Part shown: positions 9,540-20,919 of the stretch, piece after piece
How positions within the stretch are numbered: position 1 is the first letter of the stretch
How the letters are laid out: every line of letters starts with the position of its first letter
Source: Podarcis muralis
Taxonomy: Eukaryota
Reading direction: 5' to 3'
Assembly: GCF_964188315.1 (NCBI RefSeq)
Contig: NC_135657.1
Coordinates: 372,001 to 436,000 of the forward strand
DNA: 64,000 nucleotides
Program-made: the position numbers and the translations under genes
The notes under the pieces: model-generated
Databases searched by the model: none
Told to the model about the DNA's origin: nothing
What the model saw: only the letters and a program-made list of their open reading frames with translations

Positions 9540-11000
9540 GATGATGATGAAGAATCTGTGGGCCCCCCTTGGCCTGATCCAGCAGAGTTCCAATGAGGAG
9601 GAGCCAGGCGGCCAGCGCCCCAAACAGATATTTGGAGGTGGCAATGCTTGGCTGCGGCTCCTCTGGGGAATGATCAGCTGCTTAGCCCAAATGGCCGGCC
9701 GAGGATCAACTGGGTTGTGAAAGGCCCCGAGGCAGGTGCGCCCGCAGCGCGGCTTGAACAGCTGCCGCGTCAAGGACCGAGAAAGTACGTCAGTGGAGCC
9801 GGTGACGAGAGGCAGCCCGGAGGGTCCTGGACGGGGGCGGAGGGACCTGGCAAATGTACCCCCCCCCCCAGCACACGCCTTGCCTCACAATGACATCACA
9901 GAATCACAAAAGGGCAGAGCGGGAAGGGGCGCCAAGGGTCATCGAGTCCGACCCCCTGCAAACCTCCCTGCCCCCCCCCATAATCCCGGAGGGCTTTCCC
10001 CACGTGCAACTTCGGGTCTGCTTTGCGCGGCTCTTCCTTACTCTGCGCCTCCCCCAAAAAATAAGCCCATAAGGGCGCCAAAGAGCGCCCCCTCGACCCT
10101 GGCCGGGGCCTGACGTCGGCGGGGGCTCCTTGTTGCCCGAATTCCCGGGCTCCGGCCAGTGGCCACTCAGGTCCGGGGCAGCTGCTGCTGCCCTGGCGGG
10201 GAGGCGAGGCGGAGGCGGCGCCAACTGGGCGGCGCTGGGCGGGCAGACGGTCTCCACGCCGGAGCGCGGCTGGTGCTGCTGCAGGGATCGCGTTGCCTCT
10301 CCTGCTGCTGCTGCCGCCGCCGCCGCCGCCCGAGCAGTCTCCGCAGCGGAACCGGGCCTCGGCCGCTGGGCAGGGCTCCTCGGCTGGGCTCTGCGGACGC
10401 CTCGGCCCGCCTGGATGGAGCCGCGAGGCGGCGGAAGAGCAGGAGGCTCCGCAGGCGGGAGCGCGGCGCTGGCACTGACCCGTCCGGCGGGAGCCGCTGC
10501 GGCGGAGACTGCGGGGGGCCCCGCGCTGGCCGCCCCCTGAGCGCCCGGAGCCTCGCCGGGCTCCATGAGCAAGTGCTGCGCCCGTCCGCGGCCATGGCTT
10601 CCCTCCCCGCGTACCTCAGCCCGGCGGCCGTGCTGGTGCTGGTCAGCTGCGACCTGTGCCTCGTGCGCGCAAGTAAGTGCCGGGGCTCCGGGCGGGGCGG
10701 GAGGCGGGAGAGAAAAGGCCCCCGGGGGTCAGGATCGGCGCCCGAGACCAGCGCGCTCTCCCCACAAGCGCAGGCCCGGCTGGCCGTCTCTCGGGCCGCT
10801 GGCCTTGGTGCTGAACCCGGGCTGCTCCGCACCCCGACGAGGGCCGTCGGAGGGCGAGGGAGGGGGTCTCTTGGGCCCCAGCTCTGCCCTGCCCTGCTCG
10901 GCTGCGTCACTGGCCGCCCATTACCCGCGGAAGCAGCCGGATCGGGGCAGCAGCGCGGCCAAGGCAGGCTCGGGCCCCTCTCGAAGCGCCTTCTTCCCGG
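9540..11000 (+). promoter_or_regulatory. FNDC4 CpG island / promoter and first exon
   Basis: Very CpG-rich. CRE-like TGACGTCG at ~10111. (GCT)/(GCC) triplet run at ~10301-10330 upstream of the ATG. Confidence 0.7.
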
Positions 11001-14000
11001 CAGCCGCGAGCGGAACCCCGGCCAATTTCATTAGAGTAAAAGCCTGGCTCCAGGGAAGGCCGCGGCTGCCAGCTGGCCTCGCTTAGGTGAGAAGGAGCCT
11101 CTGCCCACGTCCCCGGCCTCCGCCTCCTCTCGAGAAGTGGCAAAGGTCTCTTGGCAGGGGGCAACTCCTGGCACCCTGCGGCCACTCCGCTGCCCTTGAC
11201 CCACGAGGAGAAGGTGGCTCTGGCCCATTCTGACGCCCGACGCCCCAAACCGCACTTGACCCATGAGACACCCCACGCACGGTCACGATCCCCTCACTCT
11301 GGCCTGCTTCGCCCGGAATCCGGCCCCAAAGCGGCGGCTGTTGCTTTACTTCCAGCTGCCCAAGACGAGGGTCCCGACTCTCCCTCGCTTGGAGAAGGAC
11401 ACCTTTTGACCTCTCTCCACCCACCCGGGGCTTCCACGCCGGCTTCCGCCCCCCAGACTCCCCTGCTTGGCGGGCCCGTCTTTATAATGCATAATAGCTG
11501 ACTTTGAGCCGAGGCCCCTAGGAGTTGTAAGTGCGGCTTGCAAGGAAAGTAGGTGGTTGTCAGGAGCTGCCATTCCCGGGGAGTCTGAAACCAGGCAGGT
11601 CTGGCGAGAGGGACCTATTGGCAGTCAAGCCCGCAGAGTTCCAAGAAAGACATTTATTCGTTTACTGCTCAAATAGATGGCCCTCCTGCTTCTTGCCTGG
11701 TGCCCTCAAAACAGAAGTTTCTCAGATGAATGGCTTAAAATACAACTGCAGGAGCAGGAGCAGAAGGGGATCCATGGAGGGTTCCTTGCCTCCCCTCACT
11801 CTCCACCCCGGATCTCCTCTGGAGAGGGAGCTGGAGGCAGGGAGCGGCCCTGTGGCCGAGGTCAGGAAAGGGCAGCCCAGCCAGGGCAGGAGGCAACCTG
11901 CTGCCTCTTTCCCCCAAAGAAAAGGGGCCTCTGTGGCTGAAGGGGGGGCACAGCCAGGGCACCAAGCGGAGTCCAGGGCGCGCGGTTTTGCCAGGACTCT
12001 GATGAAACGGGAGAGCGCAACTGTGACAGCTGAGCGGGCGGGAGGCGCCACTGGCGGGGAGGTCGGCTGGAAGAGAAGGCGAACCGCGGAGTCCAAAGGT
12101 GGAAACTCTCGGAGGAGGTGAAGCCCTGGGAGGAGCAGGTGTTTCTGCGGGATGGAGGGTCTTTCCTTGTTTCACGGCTCCCTACAAGGCTCTCCCCCTC
12201 CGCTGAGCCACTCTCCCTCTTTCCCCTTGGAGAGGCAACAACCTTTCGCCCTTCCGAGTAAAAGATGAATAGGGGGGCACAGCGAACATGGAGCAAAAAA
12301 TAAGAAAAGAAAATATGCTGGAACAATATTTTTCAGACAATTCTTAATTGATCTTTGGAACTCACTGACCCAGTATTATCCTCCTCAAAGGAATATTCCT
12401 GTCTCCACCAGCAGGTCGTTCCACCACCAGTTTCCAGTTTCCCTTCTTCAGCTTGCAGTCAGAATCTCGGGCCTAGCGAGCCCCTTCCATCTTGGTCTTC
12501 AGTCCATTGTTCAACACAAATAAAGCGCCCTGGGCTCATAACCTTTAATCGGCTCTGTCTGGGTCTCGTTTCTATCTGTACTCACCACCGGAGTTCACGT
12601 TTAGAGGGGAAATGGCTTTAGTTTTCAGATTAAGTTCTTTCTTTCTTTGTTTTTTAAAAACTAAAGCTCAAAGCAGCTTGCACGAAAGCACTGCGTTGCA
12701 AGATGATAACTCTTAGCTCTAAAATGACACCTTCAGTATAACAGCACCAAGGACGCGGACGCTGCCGTCCAGGCCCTGCTCCCCTCCGTCTCTAGGGGTG
12801 CTAAATCCCATGGAAAGGCCGCTGCTCCCTGGACAAAGTCCTCCCCGCAGCAGCACCAACTTGTGCCAGCCCCCAGGAGGGCGGAGATGGAAGGGACCCC
12901 TGGGGTCATCCAGTCCAGTCCTGCCCAGCCACCAGTGACCCTTCCATCCCTGCTTGCCTCACAGATCGGCCCCCGTCGCCCGTCAACGTCACCGTCACCC
13001 AGCTCAAGGCCAACTCCGCGATGGTCTCCTGGGATGTCCCGGAAGGGGACGTCGTCATCGGCTACGCCATCTTGCAACAGGTGAAGCTGGAGGAGGAGGA
13101 GGCGGGGGCGGGGGCGGGGGGGGGCGCACCACTCCTCTGTCCCGCAGCCCCACCGCCCCCTTGCTTCTCGCTTCTCCAACCGCTTTGTCAGCCAAGGGGG
13201 GCTATGTTCTCTTCCCTCCCTCTTTCTGCCCTCACCCGCTCTGACGGCCTCTCCCCCCCCCCCCTTTCCGGCAGCGGCAAGACGGGCAGATGCAGCGCTT
13301 CATCCGGGAGGTGAACACGACGACGCGGGCGTGCGTGCTCTGGGACCTGGCCGAGGATGCCGACTACGTCATCCAGGTGCAGAGCATCGGCCTGCACGGC
13401 GAGAGCCAGGCCAGCAAGAGGGTCCACTTCCGCACCCTCAAGCAGAGTGACCGCCTGCCGTCCAACAGCTCCAGCCAGGGTAGGCGAGGCGCCCGGGCGA
13501 CCTTCCCCTCTCCCACCCCACGCCCTCCGGAGCCTCGCTGACCGGCTGGGCGCCCCTGTCCCCCTCCAGCGCCGCCTGTCTCCCCCCAGTCACTCCCGGG
13601 CCTCCTCCGGGGGCCAGAAGCTCCGTGGTGCCTCCGTCCAAGGCGGGTGGGGCCCCCTCAATGACCTGCGGGCAGCCCAGGGGGAGGGGCCGGCGAGACC
13701 CCACCCAGCCTGCAGCTGCTCTCCCCTCCTTGCTCTTCCCCGGCTCTGAAAAGATCCCCTTGCCTCGCCCGACGGGGCGTCTCTCTCTCCGCAGGAGACA
13801 TCACCATGGAGGGGCTGGACAAGGAGCGGCAGCTGCAGACGGGCGAGATCGTCATCATCGTGGCTGTGCTGTTCATGTGGGCAGGTGAGGCGCGTGGGAA
13901 GCTCTCTTGGGCCTCGTCCAGCAGGCTCCGCTTATGTTCCTTACGGGTGTGTGAGGATCCCACTAGCGCTGGCACGGAGTTTCTCTCTGGGTGCACAGCC

Positions 14001-14119
14001 AAAGTTCCTTCTTCTGTGCTGCATCTTTTGGCTACCGTGCTTTGCACGGAGGGGCCCCGCCTGACAGCCTCGCGCGTCCAAATGAAGCATCCCGTTGAAC
14101 GCGGCTCCGTCAGAAGAGC

Positions 14120-14152
<33 letters not shown>

Positions 14153-15371
14153 TCAGGCCCAAGCGAGCGGGGACACCTCAAAAAGTGGCTACCCAGTTTG
14201 CAAAGAGGACCTGAGCAAAGCGCAGCCCTTTCCTCCTCCCCGCTTGTGATTCCCGGTCGGGTGCTTATGGTGGGGCGCACCCCAAGTTCCCGATGGGCAG
14301 TTGGCATCTGGGTTTGGGTTTTGACGAGCATTGTGCAGAAGCAACAGCTCTGAGAGGATAAAATCGCCGCGAATCTGAAGAGTCGCCGGATCAAGGCGAT
14401 GCGCGGGAGATTGGGTAGAAATGCTTATTTCGGGGCGCAGGGCCGAAGGAACGCGAATTCCCTTTTCTGACTGAGCTGTGTTGAACTTTTGCGCAAATAA
14501 AAGATCTGGGAAGCCACCAGCCACTGACTCCAGCATGTCAAAGGGCGGGGGCGGGGGGAGAGACCCTGGCGCGATGGAGGCCCCTCCTCACCTTCCTTCC
14601 TCCTTGCTTCCGCAGCGGTGATCGCCCTCTTCTGCAAGCAATACGACATCATCAAGGACAACGACTCCAACAACAACAAGGAGAAGAGCAAGCCGGCCTC
14701 GGAGCACAGCACGCCCGAGCGGCCCACCGGGGGCCTCCTCCGCAGCAAGGTGGGGGCGGGCGGGGGCCGTTTCGGAAGGGGAGAAGAGGGAGCTTGGCTC
14801 AGCCCACCATCGCCGGGGAGGGGACCAGGGCGGAGCTCGACGGCGGGCAGCCCAGCCCGAGACAGCGGGGCCGGAGCTGCTGCCCGGTCCTCGGGGCTCT
14901 CGGCGGCTGGAGCGGGTCTGTGCCGCCACCGCCTCCTTCTCCTCCGGATGCTGGTTGCGCGGCTGCAGCAAAAGCGCGGCGCCGGGAGCCGTCGGGGCTC
15001 CGGGGAAGCCGGCTTTGGCCGAGTTGGGTCGCTAGGAGCGCTCTTCCTCGGCAGCAGCCGGCCTGAAGGGCGCCGGAAGCGAACCCACCCAGGGCGGGTT
15101 GCCTCTTGCAAGGGGAAATGAGAGGTGGGGACTTTGGAGACGCATTTTTCGAAAGAGCGAAGGTGCCGGGCGCTCTCCAGGGCAATGGGGGCGATGCTGC
15201 AAAGGAGGCGCCGCAGTTCCGCTGCGGGGGAGGGGCACAGCCTGGCCAAGAGGGAGCGGGAGGCGTCGGGGCCCCCCAATAGCTCTGGGGGTCCTGCTCG
15301 CTCCCACGACCCTCTCTCTCTCCCTTTTTCAGAAGATGAAATCGCCCTCTGTCAACATCATCGAGGTGTAG
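10594..15371 (+). CDS. FNDC4: Fibronectin type III domain-containing protein 4 (signal peptide, FN3 domain, TM, cytoplasmic tail)
   Basis: Exons 10594-10672, 12965-13080, 13275-13479, 13795-13884, 14616-14749, 15333-15371, all GT-AG and in frame. Protein MASLPAYLSPAAVLVLVSCDLCLVRA-NRPPSPVNVTV...RVHFRTLKQSDRLPSNSSSQGDITMEGLD...QTGEIVII...QYDIIKDNDSNNN...KSPSVNIIEV. FNDC4-type linker and position next to IFT172. Confidence 0.93.
14121..14150 (+). repeat. (CAG)10 microsatellite in FNDC4 intron 4
   Basis: Ten perfect CAG units. Confidence 0.95.
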
Positions 15372-16668
15372 CTGAAACTCGCGGGGACCTCAGTGGCCTC
15401 GCCCTGCCACCACCGTCGCAGCCTCCTGCTTCCCTGCATGCAAAGAGTTCCTGCTTCTTCTCGCCCCAAGAGGAGCAGACCTGCATGGAGCCCGCCGGGG
15501 CCAAAGTGCATGCAGAAAGCCCCTCTCGCCCAACCCTTCTCTCTGGGGCCACCCACCGCTACTATCCGAAGAGCCTCGTTGCGGGAGCTGAAGGCGCGAC
15601 CTCACCCAGCCCTCCTGCAGCTTCACCATGGAAACTCTGGACTGGGCCCTGAGCGGGGCCACCACCCAGAAGACCATGCTGGGCAGACTTTGTCGCCTCC
15701 CACAAGAGTTCCCTTCAGCCCCTATGCCTTCCCACCTGCCCCCTCTCACCTGCCAGCTGCCCTTGGCTTCCTCTTGGGGAGGTACCAGCTGTGTGCCAAC
15801 TGCCTTTGCCCTCCCCCTCCAGCCAAAGCCAGCCCACCTCCACCTTCTTCCTTCTCAGCAAGATCAGGAGGGGTCCCTTCCCTCCTGGCAGCTGGAGAAC
15901 TGCCACCCACCACCTCCCCCTGGCCACATCCAGGAGGAGCCCCCCCCCCCCCCCCCGTGACACATGAGCACCCAGCACTGCCTTCCAGGAATCCAGCGCT
16001 TCCGGCCTGAAGGCTCAGCTCAGAGCGCTGCGTTGGGAGTGGCAGGTGGCCTTTCGGTCCTGGCAGAGAGAGAACAGCTTGCAGCCCCATTTGCCTATTT
16101 CAGCTGTGGGGCTGAGAGCAGCTCAGGGCCCTTTGCCTGGAGGTCAAGCCACCCCATCCCACCCTCCCCTCAGGACAGGCAGTTCTCCGCCTCCCCAGCT
16201 GGGCAGCAAAAGACCCTCTTGTGCCTCCCTGCTGCTCCACTCCCCCCCACCCCAGCCAGAGAACCTACTTTAACAAGTGAAGACCCTCGCAGGCTCCCTC
16301 CCCTTGCACAGCAAAGAGCAGTGGTGGGAGCTGTGGAATCCCCTGCTTGCCCACCTTGCCGCCCCACAGAAGGGCTGCCCCCAGGCCCACTTGGCTTGCT
16401 TCTCCCCCCTTGGGAAGGGCCTGCCTGGCACAGCTCACCCGAAGAGCTCTGGAAGTGGCTTGCAGGTGGTGCCAGACTGGTGAGCCCCAGGCAGGTGAGC
16501 CAGGAATCCCGGCCCAGGAAGGAGACAGACGGTGCTATGCCCCCCACCCCCCTGTGTGCCAGTCAGGCTCCCCCAGAGATGGCCGCCTGTGCCACTCGCT
16601 GCCCCTTTCCCCCGTGGGCTGAGGCCTCTGCAAGGAAAGACACCCAAGTACAACAACAGTAGAAATGG

Positions 16669-16697
16669 TTTATTTCCCTTTAGAAAAGGACATTAAA
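16669..16697. terminator. Crossed polyadenylation signals of FNDC4 (+, ATTAAA 16692-16697) and the LDLRAP1-like gene (-, AATAAA 16674-16669)
   Basis: A small AT-rich island within a very GC-rich interval, with a U-rich tract downstream on the + strand. Confidence 0.65.
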
Positions 16698-17527
16698 AAC
16701 TAGTCTTTTTGCTACAAAGCTGTGATTTGGCAGTGATGAGCAGCTGGTGGGGAGGGGAGGGGGCTGCCTTCCCACCAGAGCTGGACGGCAGGGCGGGGGG
16801 GGGGGGCAGCAGAGGGAAGGATTTATCTACACTCAACACAGCCCTCCTCAATATGGGGTGGGTGAGGACTGATGGGAATCTGAATGCTGCCCCCCCCCCC
16901 AATGTTCAGGCCTCAAGAGCACCATGAGGAGGCCTGGTGCACCCCCCCCCCGCAGGAGAGGTCCTGGGGCTGAGGACCCCTGCTGAATGCCCCGCAGGGT
17001 GCTGTTGGGGTTCCCCAGGCCAGCAGGGTGAGGGGCTGGCCTGGGGTGCTGCTGAGGGTCCGAGGCAGGCTGGACCAGGTTCTCAGGGGTGGGGGCAGCT
17101 GGTCCTTGTGGGTGACAGACAAGGGGCAGCAGAGGCTGTGCTGGAGATGAGCAGCGAAGACACGGTGAGTGGCAGGAGAAAGATGAGGAGAAGCAGCCTC
17201 AGAAAAATGTCCCCGGAGGCAGGCAGCTGCTGGGGGGGCTGCAGCCCCAGGCCGCCACTGACTGGAAGCGGGCAACTGGGGAGCCCCCAAACGCAAGCCC
17301 CCCCACACCTGAAACACACAAGGGCATTGAGAGGAGCCACTCAAGAGGAAGGAAAAAAACAGAGAGAGAGACGGGAGGGAGAGAAACCGACAAATGGAAG
17401 AGTCCATGTGAAAATGCAGGGGAACCCCCAGCTCCCCTGGAAGAAGGGAAATGAAAAGCCTTCAAAGGGATCCCCCCACTCCTTCATCCCGAGCAAAGGT
17501 TGAGGGCGGGGCCATGCTGGGGGGGGG

Positions 17528-20500
17528 TCAATGGTTACCTGTGGTGGGGCGGCCCCTCTCCTCTACGCGGCTTGGGGCAGAGAAGAGACAAAGATCAGAG
17601 CAGCAGCAGCAGCAGCAAGGAGAGCCCCCCCCAGCCAGACCATTTCCTACTCCACAAGCCCTGCAGCAGCCCTTCAATGTGTCCCCCCCCCAGAAACAGA
17701 AAACCCACACCTCTGACTGCCTTGCCCCCCAACCATCAGGGGACCTTGACGCAGCCAACAGGCCCCTACCCAGAGAAGGCTTCGTTGAGATCTTCCTCCT
17801 CCTCCTCCTCCTCGTCCTCCTCTTCTTCCTCCTAGGGCCAAAGAAAGCCAGGTGTCTGCCAGGCCCCTCAGAGAGAGCAGGCAGCCCCCGCTGACACACA
17901 AAGGGCGGGGCTGGTGAGGGAGGGAGCCTCTTGGCCCTGAGAGCCAAGGGGGCCTGGCAGTGGGGCAGCAGGTCACTCCCAATACCCTACCTCAAAGTTG
18001 GTCTTGAAGGGGGGGCTGCCAAGGGGTGACCTGCCAGGAGGGCGGGTGTTTTCCACCGGGGGGCACAGCGGACTCAGGGAGGGCTTCTTCTCCCCCTCCC
18101 CTTCCCTGGAGCCTGGTGGAGAAAAAATGCCCAGAGGCTGAAACCCCCAACAGCGCCCCTCCCTTTCCCAGTTGACATGAAGACCCCCTCCTGTGCCCCC
18201 CACCATCCTCACCACCCCACAACCTTGGAAAAGAAGGGTGCACTGGGGGGGGGGGGTGGCAAGAGAGCCACCAAGGAAGCCAGACAGGAGCAGGTCGCGG
18301 GTTTGGCATAGCGATGGCAAGGGGCATGGCCCCCATCCGTACCTGCCTGCGCAGCCTCCCAGAGATCCAGGGCCACCTGGAAGGCCTGAGCCACCGTCAG
18401 AGTCACAGCCTGGGCCTGCATGGGCGACACGAGGCAAGAGAAGGCGACCGGGGCAGCTGGCGAGGCAGCGCCCTGCAAAGGGCCCTGGGAGGGAGGTGGG
18501 GAACCCTTCTGCGGGGCATGCAGGGGCAGAGGGGCCAACCAGCGAGCAAAGCCCACCCCAAAAGAGAAGCGCAGGACCCAGCCCTCCCCAGGGGGCGAAC
18601 GCAACGCTTACGATCTTCTTCTTGGGCGACAGAAAGGCGTGGCACTCGAGGGCACCGCTCTGGGGGTTCTGTGCCACGTAGGCAAAGACTTTGTTCTGCA
18701 GCTTGTCTGTGGTGCAATAGGAAATCCTGAAAGAGGGCGGGAGAGGAGGCAGCGCTCGGCATCCCCACACCAAGCACCCCTGGCAGGGCAGGAGGGGCTC
18801 AGGACGGGGCAGGGGGCCGTGGGAGATGGCCACGTTGCTGGGCATGCAGGACTAAGGCAGAGACGCAGCACCATGAGAGCATTTTGCCCCAGCAGTGGAT
18901 TACGAAAACCGGAAGAGCAGAAAATGTTCCTGTCCTGCAGGCAGCAGAAGCTGGAACCGGGGAGCAGCCCCGCCCCCCCAGGGAGCAGGGAGGGAGCATG
19001 ATGGGGCTCCCCAGCAAACCACGTCCCCCAGGACAGCAGGTCTTTGTTCCAAAGGAGACGCCTGCGGGCTGCCCCTCACTTGGCTTCCGCAGTGCCCAAC
19101 TGGGTGCATGCCTGCTTGCTTTCTATGCTTGCTTACAGCCCAGCCAGCCAGCCAGCGGGCAAGTCCTCAGCCAGGCAGCCGTGCAGAGAGGGGCTCAGGC
19201 AGGCAGCGCCCTGGCCTCCAGCAGCCCTACCTTGCAGAAGCATCCTCACACACCTGTAGATGGAGATGGTCTCAATGGTCTCCTTGGTCTCAGCGTCTTG
19301 CAGAGAGAGGCCTCGTGGGGAGACAGTCAAGATCACCTTCCGGAATTTCTTGGGCCCCACCCGAGCCTGAGGAATGAAGGAAGAGATGGGGAAGGAGGTC
19401 TCCTGGATAATCACAGAAGACCCCCGAGCCCAGCCCTCAGCTCCTAGCAGACTTCCAAGAAGCGCCCCCCCCCCCTTCACCCTGCACCCATCCTGTGAAA
19501 GAGGCAGGCTGGAGCACAGAAGGAACTCAGGAAACATTCCATTTTTGGCAGACAGAGAATTCCCACTGGGAGGCATCTCCATCTCCTTTTCCGTAGATTT
19601 GTCCAATCCCCTTTCAAAGATAGTTCTAGGCTGGTGCTCATCATCACACCTGGAGACAGCATGTCAGGACAAAACCCTTTTCTCCAAATCAGGGAGCCCC
19701 AGGTGCAGTAAGGTTTCTTCCAATCCCTGCACCATTCGGGCTGCCCTTTATTCTGGCTCTACAGTAGCTTATTTTCTTAGGTTGGGAAACCAGAACAGAT
19801 CTGATCTTCACTAAGATGCGTAGCCAGTGGCTCCTGAAACCAGCCCCCGTGGCATCAGCAGTGAGTCTGTCTGAGGGGAACAAGACCTTCAGCGAGACCC
19901 TCAGCCAACTTTCACAGATTCCTCAACCGCAACATTCCTTCAAGAAGACGGCTTTTTCTGAGCTACTTCCAAACATATTAGCTGCAACGTTCTTTAAGTA
20001 GGTCTGCCCTTAAAAGGAGCTTGATCTGTTGACAGTTTTCTCTGGCACCAAACGATCCAGGCACGTGACTCCTCCAATCTTGTCCCAGATTCCCTGGTTG
20101 CTCTTTCTTGATCATGTCGAGGCTCAGTTGAAAGTAGAAAACAGGAGAGACCAGATCCTCAAAGGGAAACTCAAGAGCAGGATTTCCAGCAACTGGAATC
20201 CTGCCGCCTTGATTGTGGAGGCAGAGCAGTGGCCATGGCCAGCCCTCTCCCCCTCTTAACCCAGGGTCTCTCACACTTGGGTCTCCAGCATAGCTGTCAA
20301 CTTTTCCCTTTTCTTGCGAGGAATCCTATTCGGACTAAGGGAATTTCCCTTTAAAAAAAGGGAAACGTTGACAGCGATGGTCTCCAGCTGTCTTGAGACT
20401 ACAACTCCCAGGGTCAGTGGTCTGGGATGGTGGGAGCTGTAGTCCAAAAGCCGCCCGGCTGGTGGCCACCCCCGCCTCCCGCGAGCCTCGGGTCTCCCTC

Positions 20501-20919
20501 TCGCCTCCTACCGTGGCCAGGATCCGGTGGATGGCGGCGCTGGCCATGTCCTCCCCCTTGGGCTTCTCCACCAGCGTCATGCCCAGGTACTTGAGGGCGA
20601 AGCCCATCCCCTCCAGCAGCGGCTCCCGCATGTCGGACCACGACTCCGGCAGCTCTGCGGGGAGAGAGGCAGGGAAGGGGCGCGGGCCCCGTCAGACCAC
20701 CGGGGAGGAGCAGGGCGGAGGAGGCAGCCCCGAGAGACCCCCCCCCCGGCCCGGCAGGGAGCCTCCTCCGGCCCCGCGCCCCCCCCCCCCGAGTCCCACG
20801 TGGGGCTCCGCGGCGGGGAGGGACTCACGGTGGCGGCGGAGGCGGGCGACGCCCAGGCGGTGTCGGGCGAGGCTGGGGCTCCGCAGCACGGCCCGGCCCG
20901 CCGCCCGCAGCGCCTCCAT
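17528..20919 (-). CDS. LDLRAP1/ARH-like PTB-domain endocytic adaptor (paralogue), ~253 aa
   Basis: Exons 20919-20829, 20654-20512, 19366-19254, 18726-18612, 18415-18343, 18112-17991, 17831-17770, 17570-17528 (last three less certain). Protein MEALRAAGRAVLRSPSL...LPESWSDMREPLLEGMGFALKYLGMTLVEKPKGEDMASAAI...KVILTVSPRGL...ISIYRISYCTTDKLQNKVFAYVAQ...LECHAF...AQAVTLTVAQAFQVA. Exon sizes 143/113/115/73 match human LDLRAP1 as recalled. Confidence 0.88.

Noticed and set aside
9900-11100. Several 170-290 aa ORFs over the FNDC4 CpG island
   Set aside because: Ala/Arg/Pro/Gly-rich, present in many frames, and expected from stop-codon scarcity in GC-rich DNA.
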